Part shown: positions 1-12,096 of the stretch, in pieces
Layout: each line of letters begins with the position of its first letter
Position numbering within the stretch: the first letter of the stretch is position 1
NCBI GenBank assembly: GCA_965262915.1
Contig: OZ253564.1
Coordinates: 2,304,001 to 2,368,000 of the forward strand
DNA: 64,000 nt
From: Candidatus Spongiisociaceae bacterium
GTDB lineage: Bacteria > Actinomycetota > Acidimicrobiia > Spongiisociales > Spongiisociaceae
Reading direction: 5' to 3'
Translations under genes and position numbers: made by a program
The notes under the pieces: model-generated
Told to the model about the DNA's origin: nothing
Databases searched by the model: none
The model's input: only the letters and a program-made list of their open reading frames with translations

Positions 1-1
1 T

Positions 2-1516
2 CCCGACCTAGACGAGACGATCTCCCTGCGCTCTCAAGCGAAGATGCCATACCTGGCCCATCCGGTACTGGCGAGCATGGACCTGCTGTTCCACGAACCA
101 GATCACGAGCGGAGCATTGATAGAGCCCAGATGCGGCGAGCCCTCGGTATCTACTACCACTGGGGTCAGCTCGCTCGCGACGCACAGGCTTGTCATGACG
201 CGTGGTTGCAGCAAGACCCAGACCTGGTATTCGATGTCCTGTACCGTTGCGCGGTAGCAGCACTCCGCAACGGTGACGAAACCCTTCCCGGTGTCTACGA
301 CCTAGATCGTGTCACAGGAAACGACGACCTCGTATCCAACATCAGACTCAGATTGCTTGAAGCCTTTCCGACACGACTCCCGAACAAACAAATGCAACTC
401 CTCGACGATCTACTGGAAAAGACCCTCCGGTACGTCGACAACACCAGGGTCACACCGATAGCCAAAAAGAAGCTGACCATGAGAAGCCTGAGCGTCGCTC
501 AGCGGGTCAGGTGGATGACAGTAGATGCATTACTATCGGGCGGACAACATACACAACAGTTCCGAGCCTACGTCGGAGCAAACGAGAGGCGGATCCGGCA
601 CCTAGCAGAGTTCCTCCACCACACTTCGGTACACACCGCCCGTGAAACGATCCTCCGGGACAGCCGCGACTCGGAACTACTTGTCAACCTAGTCGAGATG
701 CTAGGACGCTCCTACGGCCCGCAGGACCTAGACGGGCAAGTCACCGTAGAGAAAAGCACATCCGACCTTATTGGCGGCCTGATCAGCCAGCTAAGCGCAG
801 CTGCGGACTCCGAAGCTCGCCACGGGCTGGCCAGACTGGTCGCCGACCCACAGCTCCGACGGTGGAACAACCAGCTGACCTGGGCTCAGGAAAAGCAATG
901 GATCGTTTACCGCGACGTCTCCTACAGCCACCCCAACATCAGGCAGACACAGCGAGCTCTCGGCAACCGGGCACCGGCGAACGCAGCCGACCTCGCCGCA
1001 CTTCTCCGCGATCGGCTCAAGGACATCGCCGACCACATACGCGGTGACAACACCAACCCGTGGCGGCAATTCTGGAACGAAGACCCCCATGGCCGCCTGA
1101 TCGAAGGTAAGCCGGAAAACTCTTGCCGCGACGTACTGCTCGAATCCCTCAAGGAGCGCTTACCCCAAGGCGTCGATGCAGCACCCGAAGGCAGCTACGC
1201 AGCCGACAAACGAGCCGACATCCGCACGACCTTCGACCGGTTCAACGTCCCAACCGAGATCAAGAAAAACGCTCACCGCGACCTCTGGAGTGCCATACGC
1301 AGCCAGCTCATCGACCAGTACACAACCGATCCGGAGACATCCGGGTACGGGATATACCTTGTCCTCTGGTTCGGAGCCAACCAGACACAAAGACCACCGA
1401 ACGGGACGCGACCGAACACCCCCGACGAATTAGCCCAACAACTCGAGAACGAGCTAACAACCGACGAAACACGCAAGATCACAGTAATCGTGATAGATGT
1501 CACCAAGCCCAGTTGA
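2..1516 (+). CDS. 3' part (open from the window start) of a large protein with a C-terminal PD-(D/E)xK-like nuclease domain; likely tail of a NACHT/STAND-type NTPase
   Basis: Frame is open from nt 2 through ORF 44..1516. C-terminus reads ENSCRD...EGSYAADKRADI...PTEIKKN...QLIDQYT...GYGIYLVLWFG, with a D...ExK nuclease-like core. No NTPase domain is visible in the window. Confidence 0.6.
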   Translation, partial: PDLDETISLRSQAKMPYLAHPVLASMDLLFHEPDHERSIDRAQMRRALGIYYHWGQLARDAQACHDAWLQQDPDLVFDVLYRCAVAALRNGDETLPGVYDLDRVTGNDDLVSNIRLRLLEAFPTRLPNKQMQLLDDLLEKTLRYVDNTRVTPIAKKKLTMRSLSVAQRVRWMTVDALLSGGQHTQQFRAYVGANERRIRHLAEFLHHTSVHTARETILRDSRDSELLVNLVEMLGRSYGPQDLDGQVTVEKSTSDLIGGLISQLSAAADSEARHGLARLVADPQLRRWNNQLTWAQEKQWIVYRDVSYSHPNIRQTQRALGNRAPANAADLAALLRDRLKDIADHIRGDNTNPWRQFWNEDPHGRLIEGKPENSCRDVLLESLKERLPQGVDAAPEGSYAADKRADIRTTFDRFNVPTEIKKNAHRDLWSAIRSQLIDQYTTDPETSGYGIYLVLWFGANQTQRPPNGTRPNTPDELAQQLENELTTDETRKITVIVIDVTKPS

Positions 1517-1596
1517 GTGTCCTAGCTAGGAAGGCAATCCGTTCACGCGGATAGCCGATTGTCAGTTCGCGTTGTAGTTGGCGAGGAAACACCCCA

Positions 1597-1662
1597 TTCG
1601 CCAGGGTTTTGGGACAGAAGTGGCGACTGACGTCCCATTGAAGTTGGCGAAAACGGAGAACT
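1597..1662. repeat. Repeat cluster related to 3948-4027 (19-bp direct plus 30-bp imperfect inverted repeat)
   Basis: TTCGCCAGGGTTTTGGGAC occurs at 1597-1615 and 3948-3966. 1633-1662 matches the reverse complement of 3998-4027 at 24/30. Confidence 0.75.
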
Positions 1663-1800
1663 CCCTACATGAGTCTGACGGATCGATAGGTTATAGATGT
1701 GTCACTTGTAGTATACGGGATAGTAGATGTTAACAGATAGAAAAGATAGGGTAGAGCCGACCGTCGTATGATCTCATCCGGGGAATCCGCTATCTCGAGG

Positions 1801-2552
1801 TTAAGGGTCGACAAGTAGGCGGAGCGCGCTACGGCCGCGGTCAGCCTGAGAGCTTGGTAGGGGTGACCAAGCCCGGTGTTTCGGCGTTGAGTATTCCGGA
1901 ACGTCTCCTGAGACGCTTTCTGTCCTCCGGGGTCAACTGCTCACGGATTACGGTGGGTTGTTCGAGAAGGCTCAGGAGTAGTGCCAGATCGCTTCGCTGC
2001 GCGTGGGGTAGGTCGTCGGCGTCGACCGCGGCGGCTTTAATGATGATCGCGCCCAGCAGCGATGGTCGAGGGACCAGACCCCTCGGAATCGCCAGCGACG
2101 ATGGGTAACAACTCGGTCCGAGCTAGGGCCTGGGTGCCTCCCGGAACCTGCAGAGTACGCCCCGGCGGGGTAGTGGTGATGTCTGTTCTAGGTCCAAGAC
2201 CCTCGGGTGCCAACACATCGAGGCTGACTCGGCCACTGTGATAACGGTGGGCCAGCCCTTCGGGCGACGCGCCAGCGAGCACGAATCCTCGACCTTGGAT
2301 GGCTCGGACGAATTCGCGGACGCCGCCCGTGACGACCCGTGCGTTCACTAGCACATCCAGATCAGAGGACACTCGCACTGGTTCGACGTCGCTTTTGATG
2401 GCGTGGACGAACACCATTTGGCCCCCGATGAGGGTCCACCCCTGAGGCCGCAGGTCAGCGAGTTCAAGGAGGGATCCCTAAAGGCTGTGCTTATAACCCG
2501 CCAGGATCGGCAACTGGACAGGCTCCCGGTCGAGTACCGGCCAGCGGATCAC
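1801..2552 (-). pseudogene. Nucleotidyltransferase-like toxin (AbiEii-type, type IV TA), inactivated
   Basis: GTG overlaps the antitoxin stop. Reads ...HSL*GSLLELADLRPQGWTLIGGQMVFVHA...SSDLDVLV (in-frame TAG 2478-2480). A frameshift near 2080 restores VPRPSLLGAIIIKAAA; a second near 1880 restores HRAWSPL...GRSALRLLVDP*. Confidence 0.7.
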
Positions 2553-3214
2553 AGCAGTTGCAGGAGTTGGGTGGCGGCCCGCCGGGACCGGTCATCATCG
2601 GCTTCGAGCAAGTCGACAGCCACGATTGCCGGTGGCGCAACCTCGTCACTGGGATCGAAAGGCCAGAGCCGGTCCGCCACGACCCGCAGAGCAACGTTTG
2701 GTCGCTCGGGGTCTTCGTCTAGAGCGTACCGACTGGCAAGGGCAGGCAACGCGGCGGCTGGGGCATAACCCTCGAACTGGTCCGTTGCCACTATGTCGAG
2801 CCGGTAGTAGGCCGCCGCACTGATACCCGAGGGGACGACATCCGATTGCGCCCCAAGGAGTGGAAGGATGGAAGGGTGAGCGTAGAAGGAGCGCAACGTG
2901 GCACGTACCGCCAACTGTACGAGAAGATGTTCCAGTCCCGCGTCGAGACGACGGCGAGCTCGGGAACGCTGGGAGGGAGACAGGGCGGTATCCCGGCCGC
3001 AAGCAACAGCCAACAGCGCCCACGCCGACTCCGGCTGCCATGGCCTACCCGCAGTGGCGCGATACTGTCTCAGGGGCTCGAGGGCGCTGGGATCAATGAC
3101 CCATGTCCTCCCAACTCGCTGACCCCTGATGGTTCCGCGAGCGAGCATCTGCCGAACCCGGCGACGACTGACGCCCAGTTCGGTTGCCGCATCGGCTACC
3201 CCTAACAAATCCAT
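2549..3214 (-). CDS. Excisionase-type HTH plus AbiEi-like antitoxin
   Basis: N-terminal LLGVADAATELGVSRRRVRQM...VGRTWVID (HTH_17-like). C-terminal SGISAA...VAVDLLEADDDRSRRAA. Coupled to the toxin pseudogene. Confidence 0.7.
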   Translation of the reverse strand: MDLLGVADAATELGVSRRRVRQMLARGTIRGQRVGRTWVIDPSALEPLRQYRATAGRPWQPESAWALLAVACGRDTALSPSQRSRARRRLDAGLEHLLVQLAVRATLRSFYAHPSILPLLGAQSDVVPSGISAAAYYRLDIVATDQFEGYAPAAALPALASRYALDEDPERPNVALRVVADRLWPFDPSDEVAPPAIVAVDLLEADDDRSRRAATQLLQLL

Positions 3215-3522
3215 AACGATATAGTACTACTACCGGAAGTATTATGTCATCCATGGTCGCTTTGGCCACATGTAACGCTGTTATGAAAGATCTTCACTAG
3301 GCGACCGGCCCTCGACAGCCTGAAAAACGTATCGGACGAATCAACAGTAACGGTCCTGTAACAGCCGGTCGACGTTCCTACCCAACCACGAATCCAGATC
3401 GTGGTGGTGTGGAATGAATGATCTCCGGTGTGTCAGTTCCACATGCGATAGTTGGGTTCGTGGAAGAAGTCGCCGTGTGTGGTGGCTGCGACATCGGTGG
3501 CAAACGTCGGATGGAGTTTTGA

Positions 3523-3904
3523 GATGGGAGGCCACGACCAGGAGCAATTGACGGATGAGAAACATGTCCGGCTTGCCAGAGAGATGCACGAGCGTTGGCA
3601 GCGGGGTGAGCCGAAGTCTCGTCTTGAGATCGAGTACTGGGGCAAGGGCACCGCTCACGGGAAGGCATTCTCCGGGTATGTCAGGCGGTGGCTAGGGATC
3701 GAGACCGAACGGCAGCCAAGCCAGAGCGCAAGAATTGCCAACTTGGAGGCCCTGTTGCGAGCAAATGGGATCTCACCCACGGAAGCGGGTCAACCTCAGT
3801 CAACGGTGTCGACTCGCACCCCCCTCACGCGAACACCCGACAAGTGCAGACGAACAGACATAACATCAGACATCGAGGCCTCCTGGGACCGGCGAATTTG
3901 GTAA
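3523..3904 (+). CDS. Hypothetical protein, probably truncated by the adjacent IS remnant
   Basis: Protein-like N-terminus (MGGHDQEQLTDEKHVRLAREMHERW...HGKAFSGYVRRWLG). The tail runs antisense through an ISL3-like fragment. Confidence 0.4.
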
Positions 3905-3925
3905 CTCACCGATTCCAGCGAGGCC
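3796..3925 (-). mobile_element. ISL3-like transposase 5' remnant
   Basis: MSDVMSVRLHLSGVRVRGVRVDTVD resembles ISL3 transposase N-termini and is truncated. Confidence 0.4.
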
Positions 3926-4141
3926 TCACCCCTACGGTTATCGCGACTTCGCCAGGGTTTTGGGACGTCTCGCCAGGGTTTTGGGGTTCTTCGCCAAAGT
4001 TTACGGATTTCGCCAACTTGAACGGGATCGGACAACAACTTGAGGTTGTGATCGGTTCCCTCGAAGCTACAACTTTACATAACGTGCATTATGGGACATC
4101 CCAGGAGGCCGGGATAGCTGCCCGTGAGTGCCCGGTTTGGC

Positions 4142-4444
4142 TTATGGGAGGATGCTGTGGTCGCCGCAGCGGTGCCACACGACGTGTCGTGTCCCGATTC
4201 TGAGGGGTTGGTCCCATGAGAATGTTGCGCGTCCGTCGGGTGCCCAGGTCATCTCGTAGAGGCCCGTTACCCCGCGTACTCGTTTGACGCGTAGCCCGGG
4301 TCGGAACCATGTCTGTTTGCCTGCTTCGATTGAGCGTAGATCGGCGATGAATTGGGAAAGAGCGGCTTCGAGCCGCTTCTCCTGCGTGTTTGTGAGCCGT
4401 CCGTAGTCGCGCAGGAACGTAGGCGTTTCTTCATGTGTCGGCAT
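4142..4444 (-). CDS. RelE/ParE-superfamily toxin
   Basis: 100 aa; FLRDYGRLT...LRVKRVRGVTGLYEMTWAPDGRATFSW...VVWHRCGDHSIL; lies downstream of a small acidic ORF. Confidence 0.7.
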   Translation of the reverse strand: MPTHEETPTFLRDYGRLTNTQEKRLEAALSQFIADLRSIEAGKQTWFRPGLRVKRVRGVTGLYEMTWAPDGRATFSWDQPLRIGTRHVVWHRCGDHSILP

Positions 4445-4456
4445 CCGGGGAGTCGG

Positions 4457-4645
4457 CTAGTCGCCAGCCCCAGGAGTTCTCCGCGATTGGAGACACGCGA
4501 GGAACTCCTCGTCCGATGCGTGCAGGTGGCGTTGGCCCGCCTCGGAGTTGTCGGTCGGGTCGTGGTATTTGCCTGTGTCTGCGTCTATATTAGCGAGGGT
4601 CATCGTGGGTTCTTGGTCGATGCCGATCACAGGTGTAGGACTCAT
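4457..4645 (-). CDS. Putative antitoxin
   Basis: 62 aa directly upstream of the RelE-like gene; C-terminal HASDEEFLACL motif. Confidence 0.5.
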   Translation of the reverse strand: MSPTPVIGIDQEPTMTLANIDADTGKYHDPTDNSEAGQRHLHASDEEFLACLQSRRTPGAGD

Positions 4646-4882
4646 GAATCGACCCTCCCCTTTCGCGGTTGCTTCCTAGAGTCTACTTCCGCAACGGCGA
4701 AGGTGGACCAGGGAGAGACACATCTACGGGCCAGGAACCATCCTCGGGCTTGTCAGTGCCGGTCGCTCCGTCAATCAACCCAACCCGGTTCCTGTTCGGA
4801 AACGCCGGGTCATCGCGGTCGGCTAAGTAACCGTCGCACCCGTTGTTACCCCAGGTGAGCACCTATCCGCGCACCCTCTAAG

Positions 4883-5068
4883 CCTGAATCCACCGATTCA
4901 TGTTCCGAAAACCAATCCTGACCAGGGCGATCTCCGGGATCCACCACTCACAGGAAGTTGTTCCTCTTCCCAGGACCGAACCATCCTTACCAATAGCTAT
5001 CGCCGCAGATCAGGAGGCATTTCCACCATATCCCCATGTCCGCTGCGCCCTCCCATCGGTGGATTCGG
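4883..5068. mobile_element. MITE copy 1
   Basis: TIR CCTGAATCCACCGAT...ATCGGTGGATTCGG with CTAAG direct repeats at 4878-4882 and 5069-5073. Near-identical to the reverse complement of 57110-57297. Confidence 0.9.
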
Positions 5069-7429
<2,361 letters not shown>

Positions 7430-7717
7430 GCTAACTCCTCGAGGCCCCTCCATCACAACCCCGACTGCGTCCACCGCGTCACCACCACACGGCGGGCGGG
7501 TCATGCACGGCACAATCGCGTTGCCCCATGCCTCTGAAGATGACCGTGTGCTCCATCAGCCTATGTATTGCGCCCACGCGTTCACAAACACGCGGCGCCG
7601 TGCAAGTCTGGTTGAACATGTGGGGCAATCGGTTCTGAAGTTCGATCATCATGTGCTGGAGGCGCCTAGCCGTGTGGGGCATGTTGAGCGGCGTGGCGGT
7701 ACCGGGATCGAAAGTGA

Positions 7718-7930
7718 TCAGTTCGAGGGTCGTGTTACCGGCCACGTGTGTTCCTGGCAGTCACATCTGTACTTCCCACCCGAGATCGGTAGCCCGGACA
7801 TCTCTTCGACAAGCCCGACTCCAAAGGGGGTGTGGTCGGTACGAATGCGGGTACACCATGCCTTACCTAGCCTGATCATCTCCTCGTTCTCAAGGCCGAT
7901 CGATAGGGCATCCTCGTACCCATCCCTCAT
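7718..7930 (-). pseudogene. N-terminal fragment of an unknown protein
   Basis: GAGG RBS plus ATG; protein-like MRDGYEDALSIGLENEEMIRLGKAWC...; the frame breaks after about 57 codons. Confidence 0.3.
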
Positions 7931-7987
7931 CGACGAACCCCTCTAACCGTTGTGTCCGTCCAAGGCAACATGGTTCTGTTGGAGCGG

Positions 7988-9060
7988 TCACATCTGTTCG
8001 ACGTAGCTGGCGGCGATGTGTTCGGGCGGGTTGGTGTAGCGGGCGATGTAGCGTTGCGAGCGGTGGCCGAGGCGTCGTTCGAGTTCGTAGGGGTCGGCGT
8101 TGGTGGCTTGGGCGAGTTGGAACGCGAACGTGTGGCGGAGGTCGTGGGGTCGGAGTGGGCTTATCTGACGTTCAGGGTCCGTGTGTTCAGCGTCGTGGAG
8201 ACGGCCGATGCGTTCGAGGATCGTGTTGACACTGCGTCCGGAGAACCGCCCGTCGGGCGGCGGCTGCTCACTGATACGGCGGACAGGAACAATGCGGTGG
8301 AATCGGCGTCGGCCGGTCGTTCCACCTCCAGGTAGTCGGCTAGGGCACGGCGTGCGTCGATGGACAGGAACACTGTGCGCTGGGTTTTCCCCTTGCCCCG
8401 AACACCCACGATCCGGGCACGGCGGGCGGAACGCAGCAGTGCTGGTTGGGACGGTTGACCTGGTCGACGTCAAGCAGCACAAGTTCTTGGCGTCGGAGTC
8501 CGGTGGACAGCAGTAGGAACACGATGGCACGATCGCGGATAGGGCGGCTGTGGCCATGACGCTTCGGTGGAGCCCCTCTCCCCCGCCGCCGGCCCCTACG
8601 TTGGCTGTATCTTTCGAGCCGGTCGCATAGGTTCTTGAGTGATCTCACCTGCGCCTCGGTGAGGCTTCGCGGTTCCAACGGTGGCAGGGGCAACACGCCG
8701 ACATCCGTGGAAGGGTTCCCGGTCGCAAACAGATCAGACGCTTGCGCGCTCACCCAGGTTGTGAATCCCACCAGCGACGCCACATGGTTGTTGACAGTGG
8801 CCGGAGCTAACTTCTCAGCGAGGCCACGCTGCCAGTCGACCACGTCAAGGCGGCCAACTGTGGAGATCCGCTCATGGCCGTACACGTCGACGAAGAAAGC
8901 CCGGAAACGGTCGAGCGAGGTGCAGATCGATCTTGGCCGCGACCTGTGGAGAACGCACACCCTCTACCACGAGGGGTTCGTAGCGATCCACCCACACTGG
9001 GAGGCTGTCGGGAGTCGAATCCAAACCGTTCGCGCCACGATCGAGTCGGGTGGCATTATC
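7988..9060 (-). pseudogene. Tyrosine recombinase/integrase, multiply frameshifted
   Basis: RDRAIVFLLLSTGLRRQEL, VRGKGKTQRTVFL and HDLRHTFA...LGH...Y lie in different reading frames (ORFs 8340-8960, 8161-8409, 7988-8557). Confidence 0.85.
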
Positions 9061-9124
9061 TTCACGGCGAGACAAGGGTGGAGGAGCAACCGAAGCGGTT
9101 CGCATCCGGTAGTGGCAGCAGCGA

Positions 9125-9532
9125 TCAGGAGGCCGATGCCTCCAGTTCCGCCAACAGTTCCTCGATCCGGCTGGTGCTGAACAGGGTCGGACCGTCACCC
9201 ACCCTGTTGCCTAGCTCGTCGAGCAGCCAGAACTGGGACCAGTGCCTGATTCTGTAGTGCCTTGTTACCCAAGGGGAACGATCCCGCAGGATGGTGAAGG
9301 TGAACCCGAAGTGTGCCACGAAGGCATTGACGTCGGAGGAAGTGCCCTGGCCGTTGATGCCTATTACCGTGACCCGGTGGCTGTTTTGTCGAGCGAACTG
9401 CTCGACAGTCGGCGCATCCGCCTGGCAGGTCGGTCAGTAAGGCGACCAGAACCACAGGAGGAGGGCTTTGTCGCCGGTCACGAACGAGCGGAGGTTGACC
9501 GATTCGGTGGTTGACAGGTCGATCAGGTCCAT
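9125..9532 (-). CDS. Thioredoxin-fold (TlpA/redoxin-like) protein with in-frame TGA in a UxxC motif; putative selenoprotein
   Basis: MDLIDLSTTESVNLRSFVTGDKALLLWFWSPY-TGA-PTCQADAPTVEQFARQNSHRVTVIGINGQGTSSDVNAFVAHFGFTFTILRD... continues in frame into ORF 9125-9319. TGA is at 9434-9436 with a stem-loop 3' of it. Confidence 0.7.
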
Positions 9533-9628
9533 GTTGGGTACATCGTCGCTGATCACGATCGCTTCGGCCGCCTGCTCCTTCAGCCCGAGCAGGGCTCGGT
9601 GGAGGAAGGTGGCCAGGCTTCCGGTAGC

Positions 9629-9647
9629 GTTTGCCTAGTAGGCAAAC
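9629..9647. promoter_or_regulatory. Perfect dyad, possible operator
   Basis: GTTTGCCTA-G-TAGGCAAAC between divergent genes. Confidence 0.35.
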
Positions 9648-10656
9648 AGAAGGGTGGCGAGCGCACTCGTCGCGTGGGCGAATCCAAAACCACGAGGACG
9701 ACGAAGAGGTACAGCCCAGGTTCGATGTTCTCGAGGTAAGAGCGGCGGCGCGCCGAGAAAGGCGGCGCTGCCAGGTCTCCTACGTCATCTATCTGGTTCT
9801 GGGGATAATTCTCTTTCTGCTGTTCTGGCAGTTGTTAGCCGCGCCCTTCTCGCCCCTTTTCTCTTTCATCCCGACGCCGATTAACACCGTCACCCATTTC
9901 GGAAACAACTTGTTATTCAGCGAGCCGATGATGCGGCGGTTTGTTCACGCCTGTCCGGAGCTGGTGGAGCAGTTGGAGTTCAAAAGGGGTAGGATGTCCG
10001 AACTCCCTGATCACTGTCTTGGGTACACTCTCCATCTGTTGTGGACCACCCGCAATATCCTGATTGCAGTTGCGCTGGGGACGGTCATCGGCTTGGGGGT
10101 TGGACTGAGCAGTCTGCTCTTACCGTGGATTGCCGATATGGTCACTCCAGTAGCCGGTTTTTTCGGGACTATCCCTATCTTTATGGTGGCACCCTTCTTC
10201 GTGATCTGGTTCGGGATCGAGCATCCCTTGTTGGCCACCATCGGGCTTGTCGCCTTCTATACCACCCTTCTCATGTATTTCTTCAGCCGCCGGGCGGCCC
10301 AAAATATACCGGTGGAGATCATTGAAGCGGCCCTCACTAGGGGAGGAGACCGCCGCACTATGTTCCAATGGGTTTATTTGCGGGGAACGATTCCAGAGAT
10401 CGCGGGAGGTCTTCGTATCACTTTGGGAGGAGCTTGGGGTTTGGGGACGCTGATGGAGGTGCTGGGATCACAGATGGGAGGAGGATTCCTGATCCGCATG
10501 TGGAGTCACGCGGCGGGCCTTTCGGAGGGGCCGACCGGGATGGTCTCCCTGATCCTGTTCTTCGGCGTGCTGGCTGTGGTAGTCGACGGGATCCTGGTAC
10601 TGGTAATACGTTCATTCACCGGATGGTCCGAGGCAGGTCGCCGGCTGGGTTTGTAG
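9631..10656 (+). CDS. ABC transporter permease, NitT/TauT (SsuC-like); true start probably downstream
   Basis: Multiple TM segments, EAA motif IIEAALTRGG, FVIWFG motif. Confidence 0.8.
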   Translation: MPSRQTEGWRAHSSRGRIQNHEDDEEVQPRFDVLEVRAAARRERRRCQVSYVIYLVLGIILFLLFWQLLAAPFSPLFSFIPTPINTVTHFGNNLLFSEPMMRRFVHACPELVEQLEFKRGRMSELPDHCLGYTLHLLWTTRNILIAVALGTVIGLGVGLSSLLLPWIADMVTPVAGFFGTIPIFMVAPFFVIWFGIEHPLLATIGLVAFYTTLLMYFFSRRAAQNIPVEIIEAALTRGGDRRTMFQWVYLRGTIPEIAGGLRITLGGAWGLGTLMEVLGSQMGGGFLIRMWSHAAGLSEGPTGMVSLILFFGVLAVVVDGILVLVIRSFTGWSEAGRRLGL

Positions 10657-10775
10657 GCAAGGAGGAACTATGTCAACTGTTGTGAGCTTTGAGAACCCGT
10701 GGTGTGTGGCTGAGCGCCGATCGGGGACGTTGGCCTGGCCTATTCGCGTGTGACCGAGGAGGAGGTGACGACGGT

Positions 10776-11966
10776 TTGAATCAGCCTGCCCGCTTCCGAA
10801 GCCTTTATTGGATTGGATGGTTGATCTGGGCTGTCCTGGGTACGTGGTTGCTTGTTCGGCTGCCTGAAAGCCTTCCCTTCGTTACCTGGACACATCGTGA
10901 GGGCGTGATCAACGTCACGTGGTCATTGATCGTTTCCGGGTTGGTGCTGTTCTGGGCCTGGCCGGTTGTGTTCCGTACGACCTGTGTCAAGGACTGTGTG
11001 GTCAGGGCGGGACGGGGGATAGCGGCCGGGCCGTCGATGCTCTGGGCTGGTATGCGCCGTAGCCCGCTCTTCTTCGTCTCGTGGCTGGTGTTACTGGTGG
11101 CGTGGCAGGTGGCGTCCTATGTCGTGCCTGCGGGAACTCTCGAGCATCCCCTGGTTCCAGGTTGGGAATACGTGTTCGGTGACACCTTCTTTGGAATGTC
11201 CAGGTACTGGGCCGTCCGCGTGTTGAACCTTGGGTTCGCGACCTTCAATCTCGAAGGACTGGCGCCTCTTCCCACTTATGGTGGGGAGGCGACCTGGCCG
11301 GCCGTGTTCCTCGCAATCGCTTATCACTCCGGCGCGACCCTTCTCAGGCTGCTGTGTGGCCTGGTGATCGGCATCACGCTCGGTCTCCTGACCGGGCTGG
11401 CCCTTCCCTACTGGCCGGCGGTGCGCCAGACCGCGTGGGCGCCCATGAACTTCCTGAGGATGATCCCCCTCTTGGTGGCGGCTCCGTTCTTGCAGGTTGT
11501 TGCGGGCAACACCTTCTCTGGTATCACCATCTACATAGCCTTCGGAGTGTGGGCGGTCCTGGTGGTGGCCACCATGAATGCGGTAGCCAACGTGCCCGAC
11601 CGGTACATCGAAAGGGCCCGTACCCTGGGCGCCTCCCGGCGGCACACCTATTACAGAGTGATAGTGCCGGGGTCGATTCCAGAATTGCGCTCCGCCTTGC
11701 TGCTCTCCATGGGAGGGGGTTGGTCACTGGCGATAGCCGCCGAGTTCCTGGGTTACTCCTCCGGGCTGGGGTACCTGGCCGACGGGGCGGTACAGGAAAC
11801 CAACACCGCCCAGCTATTGATAGTCGCGTTTATCGTGGCTTTCTATTCTCTCACGACGTTCTTCTTGCTCAACGAGGGATTCAAGAAGGTGGTTAGTTGG
11901 ATGCCACAACGCGACACCGGCAAGACGGATATCGAAGAGGTGGCCGGGGCGGTAAAAGGGGCTTGA
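10776..11966 (+). CDS. ABC transporter permease, NitT/TauT (SsuC-like)
   Basis: YIERARTLGAS EAA loop and IAAEFLG...GLGY. GGAGG RBS before TTG at 10776. Confidence 0.85.
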   Translation: MNQPARFRSLYWIGWLIWAVLGTWLLVRLPESLPFVTWTHREGVINVTWSLIVSGLVLFWAWPVVFRTTCVKDCVVRAGRGIAAGPSMLWAGMRRSPLFFVSWLVLLVAWQVASYVVPAGTLEHPLVPGWEYVFGDTFFGMSRYWAVRVLNLGFATFNLEGLAPLPTYGGEATWPAVFLAIAYHSGATLLRLLCGLVIGITLGLLTGLALPYWPAVRQTAWAPMNFLRMIPLLVAAPFLQVVAGNTFSGITIYIAFGVWAVLVVATMNAVANVPDRYIERARTLGASRRHTYYRVIVPGSIPELRSALLLSMGGGWSLAIAAEFLGYSSGLGYLADGAVQETNTAQLLIVAFIVAFYSLTTFFLLNEGFKKVVSWMPQRDTGKTDIEEVAGAVKGA

Positions 11967-12045
11967 TCACCGAGTTCGCCGGTTGCGGAAGTCCTTGCCC
12001 TCCAAGATCTTGGGAGTGTCCCTCTTCACTTGTGCCGCGAGGGTC

Positions 12046-12096
12046 TGAATCGCCCCGGGTTCTCCGGAGAGTGAGGTGAGAACACGGGGCGATTCA
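12046..12096. mobile_element. Mini IS3-family scar (two terminal IRs, no transposase)
   Basis: TGAATCGCCCCG...CGGGGCGATTCA; resembles the IS3 left end at 35132-35157. Confidence 0.55.
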
